A stretch of 64,000 bases of DNA from the NCBI GenBank assembly GCA_964545165.1, contig CAZJEQ010000001.1:1971-65970 (forward strand). The letters are read 5' to 3'. Position 1 is the first letter of the stretch. Every line of letters begins with the position of its first letter. The translations under genes and the position numbers were made by a program. Shown one piece after another: positions 48,557-58,281 of the stretch. Below the pieces are notes generated by a model. That model ran no database searches, was not told where the DNA came from, and was given only the letters and a program-made list of their open reading frames with translations. This DNA is from an uncultured Candidatus Saccharibacteria bacterium. GTDB lineage: Bacteria > Patescibacteriota > Minisyncoccia > Phycocordibacterales > UBA2100.

Positions 48557-48600
48557 TTTCTATATCCACGCATTTATTAACAGCTCGTTAATAAAGGCAT

Positions 48601-49872
48601 ATGCAAAAACTAGCCTGGAAAACAGAGCGGCGGCGGGTCAACGACCTGCTGCCCTACGAGGCCAACCCTCGTGTTATCAGCGATAAGCAGATGGAGGATC
48701 TCAAAAAGAGTCTCCGCATGTTCAACCTGGTCGAACTCCCCGCGATAGATGCGGACAACCGAATCATTGCGGGGCACCAACGCCTCAAGGCGCTTCAGCT
48801 TCTCGGGCGCGGTGAGGAACAGATCGAGGTGCGCGTCCCGAACCGCAAACTCACCAAGGCGGAATTCGAGCGGTACCTCGTCACCTCGAACGCGGTGGGT
48901 GGCGACTGGGACTTCAGCAAGCTCAAGTCGTTCGACCTCGAGCTGTTGCTCGACATCGGATTCAATGACGACGATGTCGCCAGCATTTGGGATGGCAACC
49001 TCGAAACCGAGGACGACGGCTTCGACGTAGAAAAAGAACTCGCCAAAATCACGAAGCCGAAAACGAAACTCGGTGACCTCTACCAGCTCGGGACGCATCG
49101 CCTCATCTGCGGCGACTCGACCGATCTAGCGGTGCTAAAGAAACTCGTCGGCAAGGATGCGGTCTCGATGATATACAGCGACCCCGTCTACAACATCGGT
49201 GTCGACTACAACAAAGGCATCGGCGGCAAGAAGTCATACGGCGGCACGGTGAACGATAAGCGCACCGATACCGAGTACAAAGTATTTCTCCGCACAACGC
49301 TCGAGAACGCACTCACCGTCTCCAAGCTCGACACGCATGTGTACTATTGGTGCGATGAATCGTACATCTGGCTTATTCAAGAGTTGTACCGAGAACTCGG
49401 TATCGAGAACAAGCGCGTATGCATGTGGATCAAGAACGGCCACAATCCGACGCCCGGCGTCGCGTTCAACAAATGCTACGAGCCCTGCGTGTACGGCGTG
49501 CGCGGAAAACCCCATCTCACCAAGGGCATCGACAACCTCAACGAGGTGTTCAACAAAGAACTCACGACCGGCAACCGGCTTATCGACGACATCCTCGACC
49601 TCCTCAACATCTGGCTCGTGAAGCGGATGGCGGGACAGGACTACCAGCACGCCACGGCAAAACCGCCCACACTCCACGAAAAAGCCATCCGGCGCTGTAC
49701 GCGCCCGGGTGATCTCATTCTCGACTCGTTCGGCGGCTCCGGCAGCACCTTAATAGCAGCAGAACAGCTCAAGCGGCGCTCCGCCTTGGTCGAACTGGAG
49801 CCGATATTCTGCGACCTCATCGTCAAGCGATATGAAGCACTCACGCACACAAAAGCCAAAAAGCTCAATTAA
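48601..49872 (+). CDS. ParB-like N-terminal domain plus DNA N4/N6 methyltransferase
   Basis: NPR, IIAGHQRL, HRLICGDST, DPVY (variant DPPY), HATAKP, LDSFGGSGST. Confidence 0.9.
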   Translation: MQKLAWKTERRRVNDLLPYEANPRVISDKQMEDLKKSLRMFNLVELPAIDADNRIIAGHQRLKALQLLGRGEEQIEVRVPNRKLTKAEFERYLVTSNAVGGDWDFSKLKSFDLELLLDIGFNDDDVASIWDGNLETEDDGFDVEKELAKITKPKTKLGDLYQLGTHRLICGDSTDLAVLKKLVGKDAVSMIYSDPVYNIGVDYNKGIGGKKSYGGTVNDKRTDTEYKVFLRTTLENALTVSKLDTHVYYWCDESYIWLIQELYRELGIENKRVCMWIKNGHNPTPGVAFNKCYEPCVYGVRGKPHLTKGIDNLNEVFNKELTTGNRLIDDILDLLNIWLVKRMAGQDYQHATAKPPTLHEKAIRRCTRPGDLILDSFGGSGSTLIAAEQLKRRSALVELEPIFCDLIVKRYEALTHTKAKKLN

Positions 49873-50605
49873 GGTCGGTGACGTCTTCTGCATCGGCGAC
49901 CACGTACTCGGCTGCGGCGATGCCCGCGATGCCGACTTCGTGAATCGCGTCATCGGCAAGGCCAAGATCGCACTCATTCTGAGCGACCCGCCGTATGGCG
50001 TGGCATTCGTCGAGAGCAAGGAATCCTTCACGAACATCAAGGTACAAAAGAGAATCCTCAACGATGGAATCGTCTCGGAATCGCAGTACGCGCAATTCAC
50101 GAAGGACTGGCTTGTGCCGGTCGTGCCGCATCTTGCGAGCAAGAACAGCGTCTACATCTTCAACTCCGACAAGATGCTCTTTGCCCTGCGCGAGGGCATG
50201 GAGCGCTCAGGCATCCGCTTCGCACAACTCTTGGTATGGATCAAAAACCATGTCGTGGTCGGGCGCAAAGACTATCTTCCCCAGCATGAGCTAGTGGCAT
50301 ACGGCTGGCATGGCACGCATGACTTCAAGAAAGCGAAGGATAAATCCATCCTCTTCTATCCGAAGCCGAGCAAGAGCCCGCTGCACCCGACACAAAAGCC
50401 GGTAGGACTCCTGCGCCGTCTCGTCCTCAACAGTTCCGACATCAAAGGTGTGGTGTACGACTGCTTTGCGGGGTCGGGCTCGACCGGCATCGCCGCGGAG
50501 CAGTGCAAGCGCAAGTCGATCCTCATCGAGCGGGACGAGGAGTATTGCCAGACCATTATCAGCCGCTTCGAGCGGGAGTTCGGACTCAAGGCGACAAAGG
50601 TATGA
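49832..50605 (+). CDS. DNA N4/N6 methyltransferase
   Basis: SDPPY, HPTQKP, DCFAGSGST. Confidence 0.92.
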   Translation: MKHSRTQKPKSSIKVGDVFCIGDHVLGCGDARDADFVNRVIGKAKIALILSDPPYGVAFVESKESFTNIKVQKRILNDGIVSESQYAQFTKDWLVPVVPHLASKNSVYIFNSDKMLFALREGMERSGIRFAQLLVWIKNHVVVGRKDYLPQHELVAYGWHGTHDFKKAKDKSILFYPKPSKSPLHPTQKPVGLLRRLVLNSSDIKGVVYDCFAGSGSTGIAAEQCKRKSILIERDEEYCQTIISRFEREFGLKATKV

Positions 50606-51072
50606 AAAAGGACCGCACCAAAAACCTCTTTCTGGAGCAGCTTCGGAAAATCCCGATCGTGCAAATCGCGTGCGAGAAAGTCGACATCTCGCGCAACACC
50701 ATCTACCGCTGGCGCAAAGAAGAGCCTGAATTCGCTAAGACGATGGACGAGGCGCTCACCGACGGCGAGGCGGTCGTCAACGACATGAGCGAATCGCAGT
50801 TGCTCTCCAAGATCAAAAACGGCGAATGGCCTCCCATCGCGTTCTGGCTTCGCAAACGCCACCCGAAATTCAAAGACCGCCTCGAAATTACCGGCATCTT
50901 GCAAGGACCGCAGGAAGAGCTGTCCCCCGAACAAGAGGCTGTCGTTAAAGAAGCGCTGCGCCTTGCTTCGTTATCCGTCGAGCAGCCACTAGAACAACCA
51001 ATCGAACAAGCGGATACCGCGCAAGGTGCGGAAGAAATTAGTCATAAGAAAAAAGACCATGAACAAAATTAA
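50602..51072 (+). CDS. Terminase small subunit-like HTH protein
   Basis: FLEQL...ACEKVDISRNTIYRWRK...AFWLR; overlaps MTase stop and TerL start. Confidence 0.75.
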   Translation: MKKDRTKNLFLEQLRKIPIVQIACEKVDISRNTIYRWRKEEPEFAKTMDEALTDGEAVVNDMSESQLLSKIKNGEWPPIAFWLRKRHPKFKDRLEITGILQGPQEELSPEQEAVVKEALRLASLSVEQPLEQPIEQADTAQGAEEISHKKKDHEQN

Positions 51073-52552
51073 TACCAACGAGAATTACCAGTCCAACAGC
51101 GGGCTTACACCAGAGCTTGCGGAGAAAATGTTCCGCGACCGCCGCATCCGAACGGCGATCACGCGGCAAAGCCACTTCATGTTCTTCCATTTCTACTTCG
51201 CGCACTATGTGAAGTACGCGACCGCGCCATTCCAACGCGAGCTATTTCACCTGAGCGAACGGCAGGACATCAAAAATCTTTTTGTCGTCGCGTTTCGCGG
51301 ATCGGCAAAGTCGACAATATTCACGACCTCGTATCCGGTGTGGGCGATTCTTGGAGAACAGCAGAAAAAATTCGTGCTCATCCTCTGCCAGACGCAAGCG
51401 CAGGCAAAGCAACACATGATGAACTTGCGCCGCGAGCTTGAGAGCAACGCACTTCTCAAGAACGACCTTGGTCCATTCCAAGAAGAGAATAACGAGTGGG
51501 GTTCGTCGTCGCTCGTGTTCTCGAATCTCAACGCTCGCATCACGGCAGTCTCATCCGAGCAGAGCATTCGCGGTCTGCGCCACAATCAGCATCGTCCCGA
51601 CTTGATTGTCGGCGACGACCTAGAGGACCTCGCATCTACGAAAACGCGAGAGGGACGCAACAAAACCTACCAGTGGCTCACGGGAGAGGTTGTGCCCGCA
51701 GGCGACCGCAATACGCGACTCGTCATAGTCGGCAACTTGCTCCATGAGGACTCGCTCCTCATGCGGCTCAAAGAGGATGTCGATAAAGGGAGAATTAATG
51801 GCGTATTCAAGGCGTACCCACTGATACAAAAGGGCCTCATCGTATGGCCCGGCAAGTATCCCTCGATGGCGGACATCGAAGAGGAAAAATCGAAAGCGGC
51901 GAATGAGTACGCATGGCAGCGAGAGTATCTGCTGCACATTGTACCGGCTGAAGATCAGGCGATTCATCGTGAATGGATACAGTACTACGACACCATACCG
52001 GCACCGATTCGGGTCATCGACAATTACACGTCACACAAGGAGGTTCGCATCGGTATCGACCCGGCCATCTCAAAAAACGACGCTGCGGATTATACGGCTA
52101 TGGTGCCCGGGCTGTTGTACGAACTCAGGGAGGGGTATCGGATTTATATTCTCCCGAAAATCATCAATAGGCGTATGTCATTCCCGGAAACGGTGGAAAT
52201 GTGCAAGACGCTTGACGACAGCTATGGCGAAGAGGATACGGGACGTCCAACATTCGTGATCGAAGATGTTGCGTATCAGAAAGCGTTGCCGCAGCAACTG
52301 AAGGACGAAGGGATATGGAACGTGATGACAACGCGGCCGGGCAATCAAGACAAGCGTAGTCGTCTCGTGCTCACAGCGAATCTCATCAAGAGCGGCAAAA
52401 TCCTCTTTCCGAGGGAGGGCGCGGAGCAACTCATACAGCAAATCGTACACTTTGGCGTTGAGAAGCACGACGACCTTGCCGATGCGTTCGCAAATCTCGT
52501 GCATAGTGTTTCAGAGGATCCACCGTGCGTACCGAGAATATTTTTTTTCTGA
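51059..52552 (+). CDS. Phage terminase large subunit-like protein
   Basis: FRGSAKST (Walker A), RG..RPDLIVGDDLE (Walker B), IGIDPA...DYTA, HDDLADA nuclease motifs. Confidence 0.88.
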   Translation: MNKINTNENYQSNSGLTPELAEKMFRDRRIRTAITRQSHFMFFHFYFAHYVKYATAPFQRELFHLSERQDIKNLFVVAFRGSAKSTIFTTSYPVWAILGEQQKKFVLILCQTQAQAKQHMMNLRRELESNALLKNDLGPFQEENNEWGSSSLVFSNLNARITAVSSEQSIRGLRHNQHRPDLIVGDDLEDLASTKTREGRNKTYQWLTGEVVPAGDRNTRLVIVGNLLHEDSLLMRLKEDVDKGRINGVFKAYPLIQKGLIVWPGKYPSMADIEEEKSKAANEYAWQREYLLHIVPAEDQAIHREWIQYYDTIPAPIRVIDNYTSHKEVRIGIDPAISKNDAADYTAMVPGLLYELREGYRIYILPKIINRRMSFPETVEMCKTLDDSYGEEDTGRPTFVIEDVAYQKALPQQLKDEGIWNVMTTRPGNQDKRSRLVLTANLIKSGKILFPREGAEQLIQQIVHFGVEKHDDLADAFANLVHSVSEDPPCVPRIFFF

Positions 52553-52597
52553 TCTCCAGGGCTGACTCGATATTCGATGATGATGACGACTAACGAC

Positions 52598-53467
52598 TTA
52601 CTGGCATTGCGGACTAAGCGAGCGACTGTATTTTGCGAGCAATGCATCAAGTGTATCGAATGATTCTAGATAACTCTCGCTCAGACCCTTCCATCCGTCG
52701 CAGGACGCTGGGTAGTAGTACTTTGCACTGTAGTGAGAGGACGTGTAGTACTTGCTGCCGGTGGAGGGTTGCGCGACCGGATCCGCTTTGCCGTTGCAGG
52801 TGGTCGGTGACCACAAACCCTTACCAGCATTCTGCGCGGCAAGTTGAGCGGCTTTGAATTCCGCTTGATACTTGTACGCTTTATCGTACGTGTACTCGTA
52901 TGCGTACCCATCGGCGACCATATTCTTGTTGAAGAATAGGCTGTCATCGCGGTAGATGTAGACGAGGAGCCGTCCATACTTGTCTCGCGTGTCCTGGGTT
53001 GGGTCGGCTTCAATGCGAACCTTCTGACCAGACAGTAATGCTTTTGCCCGGTTGGATGCTTCGGTGCCGAAACATTGTACGGGCTTCCGTGGATCAACGG
53101 TCTCTGGAGTATCGATGCCGATAAGTCGGAGCGTTTCTACTGTGCCGCCCATGTTTATCTTAAGCGTGTCGCCATCAACAACGTCGGTGACTGCGTAGTA
53201 CTGATACTGTGGAGCGGACTGAGTCGGAGTAGCGGGAGTCTGTGTAACCGACGGTGTTTGCTTCGGCGCAGTAGCCTCTGTCTTTGCGGTAACGAATGTC
53301 ACTTCTGTGACAGACTCAGATGTTGTTGCTTCAGTAGCAGTTTCTGTCTGCGAGATTTGCTGCAGCTGTTCTTGGGCAGGCGCTGGTTCCGGCGAAGGGG
53401 CGAAAATGCCGATGATAAAAAGTAGGCCGATGACACCTCCAACACCGTAAAGAATTTTTCTAATCAT
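52598..53467 (-). CDS. Membrane-anchored thermonuclease (SNase family)
   Basis: VVDGDT, RLIGIDTPE, DKYGRLL, GLW. Confidence 0.92.
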   Translation of the reverse strand: MIRKILYGVGGVIGLLFIIGIFAPSPEPAPAQEQLQQISQTETATEATTSESVTEVTFVTAKTEATAPKQTPSVTQTPATPTQSAPQYQYYAVTDVVDGDTLKINMGGTVETLRLIGIDTPETVDPRKPVQCFGTEASNRAKALLSGQKVRIEADPTQDTRDKYGRLLVYIYRDDSLFFNKNMVADGYAYEYTYDKAYKYQAEFKAAQLAAQNAGKGLWSPTTCNGKADPVAQPSTGSKYYTSSHYSAKYYYPASCDGWKGLSESYLESFDTLDALLAKYSRSLSPQCQ

Positions 53468-53562
53468 ATGGCTCAGGTCTTGGTGTTCTAACTTAGGTTC
53501 GAGGGTATGCGAAGGGGGTTACCAACTCTTGCCTTTGATTGACATTCGTAGCCTAACATAAT

Positions 53563-53594
53563 TATTCCACTTTGGAATATCCCAATACGGAATA
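53563..53594. promoter_or_regulatory. Tandem operators upstream of the XRE gene (C-box-like)
   Basis: TATTCCA-N3-TGGAATA (53563-53579) and TATCCCA-N3-CGGAATA (53578-53594), 15-bp period. Confidence 0.65.
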
Positions 53595-53607
53595 CACGCT
53601 TATAGGT

Positions 53608-53826
53608 ATGAGAAAGTCTATTCATACCAACGAGAGGGCTGGGTTCGTAAAGAAGCTGAAACAGGCTCGGCTCGAAGCTGGGTTGAGCCAGACAGAGGTA
53701 GCAAAGAAACTAGGCTGCTCGCAGTCTTGGGTATCGAAAATTGAATTGGGCGAGTTGCGAGTGGAAGCGATTTGGCTTAATCGTTTGGCGAAGCTCTACG
53801 GAAAGAGCCTGAGCTACTTTCTATAG
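53608..53826 (+). CDS. XRE family HTH regulator (controller protein-like)
   Basis: LKQARLEAGLSQTEVAKKLGCSQSWVSKIE.G. Confidence 0.9.
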   Translation: MRKSIHTNERAGFVKKLKQARLEAGLSQTEVAKKLGCSQSWVSKIELGELRVEAIWLNRLAKLYGKSLSYFL

Positions 53827-53917
53827 GCTATAGGCGCATCCTTTAGATGCCTGGCCCCTTGAAGCTTTGAATAGTCTCCACTGGATTTTCAGCTGGATTC
53901 GCGGTATTCCTTAAGGT

Positions 53918-54340
53918 ATGACTGTAACCGTGACATCAAATTGTAAAAAGTGTGATGGGGCTGGAAGGTATATGTACGATGAAAATCACATAAAACCTTG
54001 TGAGGAGTGTTGCACTCATTCAGAAGGATGGTGGGAGCTGGAAGAACATTACGGAAACGATAACGGCAAATATGCATGCAAGAAAGGTTGCGGAACTCTG
54101 ATGACTCGACCACCGTCAGAAAAACTAACGAAGAAAATACCCGTTCCTCAAACGGAAGAAGATCTTATGGAACTCACCAAAGATGCGCTCGCCGACGTAC
54201 TTGGGCGTGAGCCCACAAAGCAGGAAATTCTAAAGGCGCATGCCGGATTTAAACGCATGGCCTTTGTCATGCACGAACATCTTCGTCACGAGGAGGTTAC
54301 AAAGAAAGAAGCCCCCAAAGATCCAAAACACTCGAATTAA
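53918..54340 (+). CDS. Hypothetical protein with N-terminal Cys/His zinc-finger-like region
   Basis: CKKC.G.G, CEECC.H, CKKGCG. Confidence 0.65.
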   Translation: MTVTVTSNCKKCDGAGRYMYDENHIKPCEECCTHSEGWWELEEHYGNDNGKYACKKGCGTLMTRPPSEKLTKKIPVPQTEEDLMELTKDALADVLGREPTKQEILKAHAGFKRMAFVMHEHLRHEEVTKKEAPKDPKHSN

Positions 54341-54499
54341 TTAGCACGTACACTTCGTCTCTGCTTCACTGCACGCCTTGCACTTCGGCATGCAGTGATC
54401 CCCGCCGCATTTGTGATTTGCATCATGCTCCTTCGCCTCCGCGCCGCATACATCACACTTAAACCCCTCCACATCGCCGTCACATGTCTTACACGACAT
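54341..54499 (-). CDS. Metallothionein-like Cys/His-rich peptide (52 aa, not in ORF track)
   Basis: Manual translation MSCKTCDGDVEGFKCDVCGAEAKEHDANHKCGGDHCMPKCKACSEAETKCTC; 10 Cys and 3 His; starts 40 nt after the multicopper oxidase stop. Confidence 0.8.
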   Translation of the reverse strand: MSCKTCDGDVEGFKCDVCGAEAKEHDANHKCGGDHCMPKCKACSEAETKCTC

Positions 54500-54539
54500 A
54501 CGTTTTAGTGATTACAAAATTTACTAATAATTTACCCCA

Positions 54540-56090
54540 TTATTCTACGCTATATTTAAGCATCATCCCGGCTTCGAGGTGCTCCGCGATATGGCAATGC
54601 GCCATCCAAGTACCGGGGTTGGATGTATCGAGCACGATGTCGACGGTTTCTCCCGCCTTCACGAGCACGGTATCTTTCCAAACGAGATTCGTCTGCGGCA
54701 CACCATCGCGCGAGACAACGAGGAATCGTTGGCCGTGGAAATGGATTGGATGTTGCATAGGATGCATTGATTTTGGATCGTTGAAAATCCTGATCTTGAC
54801 CGGTTCACCTTTTTTGAAAGTCCAATCTATATCCATATCTTTCTTGCCGGTGTCCTGATCAATGATCCGCCATTTAACCATCTCGGCATTCGACATCTCA
54901 TTCATCATTTGCATATCAGTGTCTTCCCATTCGATTCCTCCTTCGGGTACTTCTCCCATACTCATGCCTCCCATCATTGTGCCGTCCGACATCATGTGGC
55001 CTCCCATGCCGCTCATCATTCCTCCTGTCATGTCGACTGAAAGCGCAATGCGCTTATCCGGTGCTGTCTCAAAGAGGAATCGATAAGGTTCAATGCTTGC
55101 GATGGTTTCTGCGTGTGAGCGAAGTGTCCCGAATTGCGCGGCATATGACTCTTCGATCTCTTGATTCAACACGGTTATGCTCCCGAGTGCATAGGTTTTT
55201 TCGGGAGTTTTGTTTTGGATCGCGTATGTTCCCGCATTGTCGAAAAGCACTTCGACAATCGCGCGCTCTGACGGCCCCAAGACAACACTATCGGCCCAGC
55301 TCTCTTGCTCATAAGCGCCTCCATCTGCGCCAACAAGCTTCATCCGAGTTCCTTCAATCGCAAAGTTGAATGGGCGGGTATTCGCGACATTCGTGACGTA
55401 CAAGCGTACAACCTCTCCCTCCTTCATTTCGAGTTTGTACGCCTCATCGCCATTTATGAGCATCACATTGCCGAATCGACCCATGAGCGTGCGGTCAGCT
55501 CCTTTTTTGCTGAGGAGGATATTGCCATCCTCGATGAGGATGTCATCAAGAAAAAGTGGAATTTCGCGATTGACTGGCGACCAGTAGTCTTGAGAATTCG
55601 GAATTACAAGATACCCGCCATAGAGTCCAAGCTCTTGCTGGTAGTCTTCGCGTACATGCGGGTGATACCAGTACATTCCGACATCAGGAAACTTCAGTCT
55701 GTACGAAAATGTTTCGCCGGGCTCCATTTCCTTTTGGCTGGTTTGCGATCCATCAAAAGGATTATCCATCCGCACTCCGTGTGAATGTAGGAGGGTTTTC
55801 ATGTCCGTATTATTAGTAAAGTTGATCGTAACCTCTGCACCTTGCGCGACCTTGATAAGCGGTCCCGGAATAGAACCGTTATAGGCAAGCATCGAGTATG
55901 TCTTGCCTCCGATGTTCTTTTTGACAGCAGATGCCACAAGGTCATATGTGTCGCCATTTTTGAGTTCGACGATCTGGCTCTCCGTAACAGGTGACATTTG
56001 CTGCCCCGGGATGACCCACCAGCCGATTGCGGCGATTGTGCCTCCGATAAGCGCGACTGCCACTGCGATGTTGAAGTATTTTTGGTTCAT
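54540..56090 (-). CDS. Multicopper oxidase
   Basis: HSHG, YWYHPH, HPIHFHG, HCHIAEH...M; Met-rich insert. Confidence 0.95.
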   Translation of the reverse strand: MNQKYFNIAVAVALIGGTIAAIGWWVIPGQQMSPVTESQIVELKNGDTYDLVASAVKKNIGGKTYSMLAYNGSIPGPLIKVAQGAEVTINFTNNTDMKTLLHSHGVRMDNPFDGSQTSQKEMEPGETFSYRLKFPDVGMYWYHPHVREDYQQELGLYGGYLVIPNSQDYWSPVNREIPLFLDDILIEDGNILLSKKGADRTLMGRFGNVMLINGDEAYKLEMKEGEVVRLYVTNVANTRPFNFAIEGTRMKLVGADGGAYEQESWADSVVLGPSERAIVEVLFDNAGTYAIQNKTPEKTYALGSITVLNQEIEESYAAQFGTLRSHAETIASIEPYRFLFETAPDKRIALSVDMTGGMMSGMGGHMMSDGTMMGGMSMGEVPEGGIEWEDTDMQMMNEMSNAEMVKWRIIDQDTGKKDMDIDWTFKKGEPVKIRIFNDPKSMHPMQHPIHFHGQRFLVVSRDGVPQTNLVWKDTVLVKAGETVDIVLDTSNPGTWMAHCHIAEHLEAGMMLKYSVE

Positions 56091-56497
56091 ACAGAGTTAC
56101 GTGACGTAATAAATACCCTAATCCATTCTTTCCAAAAAAGAAAGGCGAGGATTGGAAAGACGAGAGACGTGACAAGCCCCGGATAGTAGTCTCCTGCGAA
56201 TAAGGCCTTGATCGGGTGATGCAGTTCAAAAACGAAGATTATTCCTACGAGCGCAAGTGCGTAGAAACGAGTGCGCTCACTAATGAGAAACAGCAGAGCA
56301 ACGGCAAGGAGCACCCAGAACATCATTTGAAAGGTTGCGAACATCGCCTGATGAATCGACGTAAATGGCAACAGTCCAAAAATCCATTCATCCCACTTAT
56401 CAAGAGTATAAAATCCAGTGAAATATTCCTCAATGCCGTGCAGAATAAACACGGGTATCGATGCGGCAAAGATATATTTTATTCGTGGTGTGATCAT
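56087..56497 (-). CDS. HXXEE domain membrane protein
   Basis: LHGIEEY, YYPGLVTS. Confidence 0.8.
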   Translation of the reverse strand: MITPRIKYIFAASIPVFILHGIEEYFTGFYTLDKWDEWIFGLLPFTSIHQAMFATFQMMFWVLLAVALLFLISERTRFYALALVGIIFVFELHHPIKALFAGDYYPGLVTSLVFPILAFLFWKEWIRVFITSRNSV

Positions 56498-56499
56498 AA

Positions 56500-57117
56500 T
56501 TAAACAAGCCAGTCTTTTAGACTCGCCTCGACGGCGTCGCGTACCTCATCAATACCAAGACGTGCGGCGTCGACAACAAAATCAGCATATTTTTTGGTCG
56601 GCTCTATATATTGCTTGTGCATTGGAATGAGAATCTTTTGAACGTACTCTTTGTCACCATCCTTTGTGCGTCTTTTCAAAGATTCTTCGATCGGAATGTC
56701 GAGATAAATTTTTCGCGCCATGAGTTCGCGTACGTGCATGTCGTGAAATGTGAGGTACCCCTCGACGAGAATGACTGACGTCGGTTCTATGGTATGCGGG
56801 ATTTTATTCCGGCGAATTGGATCATACCCCGGGTTGTAGAGTTCGCTCTTGGTCATTACCGTAACCGCTTTCCCATGCATGAGAGAGACGATATCGCGGT
56901 ACAGGTCGTCAAATCGAATCGTTGCGGGATCATCCCAGTTGATCATGCCGTTCACGATTGGCGCATCCTCGGGTTCTACGAAGTAATCATCAAGGTGCAT
57001 GAGTGCAATCTTGTTTGGGTATTTTTTATGGAGCCCTATAGCAAGGGTTGTTTTACCTGACCCGGAACCCCCGGCAATCCCTACAATCCTGCACTCATGT
57101 CCGTGTTGCATATCCAT
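56500..57117 (-). CDS. udk: Uridine kinase family protein
   Basis: GIAGGSGSGKTT, LDDYF, NWDDP, LVEG, YIEPTKKYAD. Confidence 0.85.
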   Translation of the reverse strand: MDMQHGHECRIVGIAGGSGSGKTTLAIGLHKKYPNKIALMHLDDYFVEPEDAPIVNGMINWDDPATIRFDDLYRDIVSLMHGKAVTVMTKSELYNPGYDPIRRNKIPHTIEPTSVILVEGYLTFHDMHVRELMARKIYLDIPIEESLKRRTKDGDKEYVQKILIPMHKQYIEPTKKYADFVVDAARLGIDEVRDAVEASLKDWLV

Positions 57118-57335
57118 TAGATCATTTCTCCCTTCTTCTCAAGCATCATGTGGTGGATAGTTGCGATCTGTGTCCAAATGGCAATAAGGATAAGAATCGC
57201 AGAACATGCGAGCGCGTCGGCTTTAGTAATACCAAAAACCGATTGCGGGTCGCCAAAAGCCGCGATGAGAAAAGAGATTACACCAATAAATCCGACAATC
57301 ACACTCGCAACATGCATTAATTTTGATGGTTTCAT
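57117..57335 (-). CDS. Small membrane protein
   Basis: Two TM segments; tail IATIHH; overlaps the udk start. Confidence 0.65.
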   Translation of the reverse strand: MKPSKLMHVASVIVGFIGVISFLIAAFGDPQSVFGITKADALACSAILILIAIWTQIATIHHMMLEKKGEMI

Positions 57336-57345
57336 ATTTTTATGA

Positions 57346-57597
57346 TTAATTCTTAATATATTGCGCGAGCAATCCGACAAGCCCGATGCTCGCGCCCACG
57401 ATAATGTTCCAGAGAATGAGGCTTACGACGAAGTTCTGAAGCGTGAAGATATTCTCAACCGGCCCGACATTCAAGTGCAAGATGTACGGCAGAAGCGTGG
57501 GACGAATTGCCGGTATCAACCCTAAGAGTCCGTAGCACAGCACGTACGTAATATTGATATACGCCAAACCTATCTTAATTGCACGAGTGATGTTCAT
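57346..57597 (-). CDS. Small membrane protein (DUF5676-like)
   Basis: Two TM segments with YVLC and H, a pattern seen in copper clusters. Confidence 0.55.
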   Translation of the reverse strand: MNITRAIKIGLAYINITYVLCYGLLGLIPAIRPTLLPYILHLNVGPVENIFTLQNFVVSLILWNIIVGASIGLVGLLAQYIKN

Positions 57598-57631
57598 AGA
57601 ATTTCTGTTAATTCATAATGCTTATGATCTG

Positions 57632-58279
57632 TTAACCTGTTTCGACCCGCCTTTCGGCGACAGATTTTTGCTTGAAGTGCCAGAAGATGAACACGCTCAA
57701 GATCGCAGCGAAGAAGCACCACACTGAAATAAAATTGACGTTGTAGAACCACTGCGTAACTAAAAAGGCGACGAATGCCGTGAAGCCGAAGAGATTTAAG
57801 ATTCTGTGGCTTGAGACCATTCCGCTTACGGTTGTTACAACAACGTAGGGAGCAACGTAGAGAAGGTCATATACATGGCGAAAATCATAGGCAATACTCT
57901 GATTGAGAATGTGTGCTTGGCCCGGCTCAAGAACAAGAAAATAGAGAAGATATAGCCCTATCGCGAGCCCTACGGCAGAAAATGCCTGCAATATCCTTCT
58001 TCGGAGCGGGTGTGTTTCTACGAGGAGAGTCGCGATAGGGACAAGAATAGGCCAGAGAACATAGGCGAAGAATAAGAATCCGTAGGCTGCAATAGTATTG
58101 AGGAGCGTCGAGCCAAACGAAATCCAAACAATTCCTTCAATTGCTTGCTGAATTCCAAACAGAAGCGGAATGCTTGCAAGCGGGAGCTCACTTGTTGATT
58201 TCGCTTTTTTAAGCGTCACAACCCCAGTTGTGCTGAGAACTGCGGCGGCCGTAAAACTTGCTGTGGCAGAAAAACACAT
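57632..58279 (-). CDS. Multi-pass membrane protein (DUF6629-like)
   Basis: MCFSATASF, PLLFGIQQ.IEG.VW, SVWCFFAA. Confidence 0.75.
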   Translation of the reverse strand: MCFSATASFTAAAVLSTTGVVTLKKAKSTSELPLASIPLLFGIQQAIEGIVWISFGSTLLNTIAAYGFLFFAYVLWPILVPIATLLVETHPLRRRILQAFSAVGLAIGLYLLYFLVLEPGQAHILNQSIAYDFRHVYDLLYVAPYVVVTTVSGMVSSHRILNLFGFTAFVAFLVTQWFYNVNFISVWCFFAAILSVFIFWHFKQKSVAERRVETG

Positions 58280-58281
58280 AT

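Noticed and set aside
48601-50605. Type II restriction-modification system
   Set aside because: No cognate endonuclease is adjacent; the ATP-cone nuclease-fold gene is 10 kb away in the copper cluster
48601-54340. Intact prophage
   Set aside because: No portal, capsid, tail, lysis or replication genes around the terminase pair
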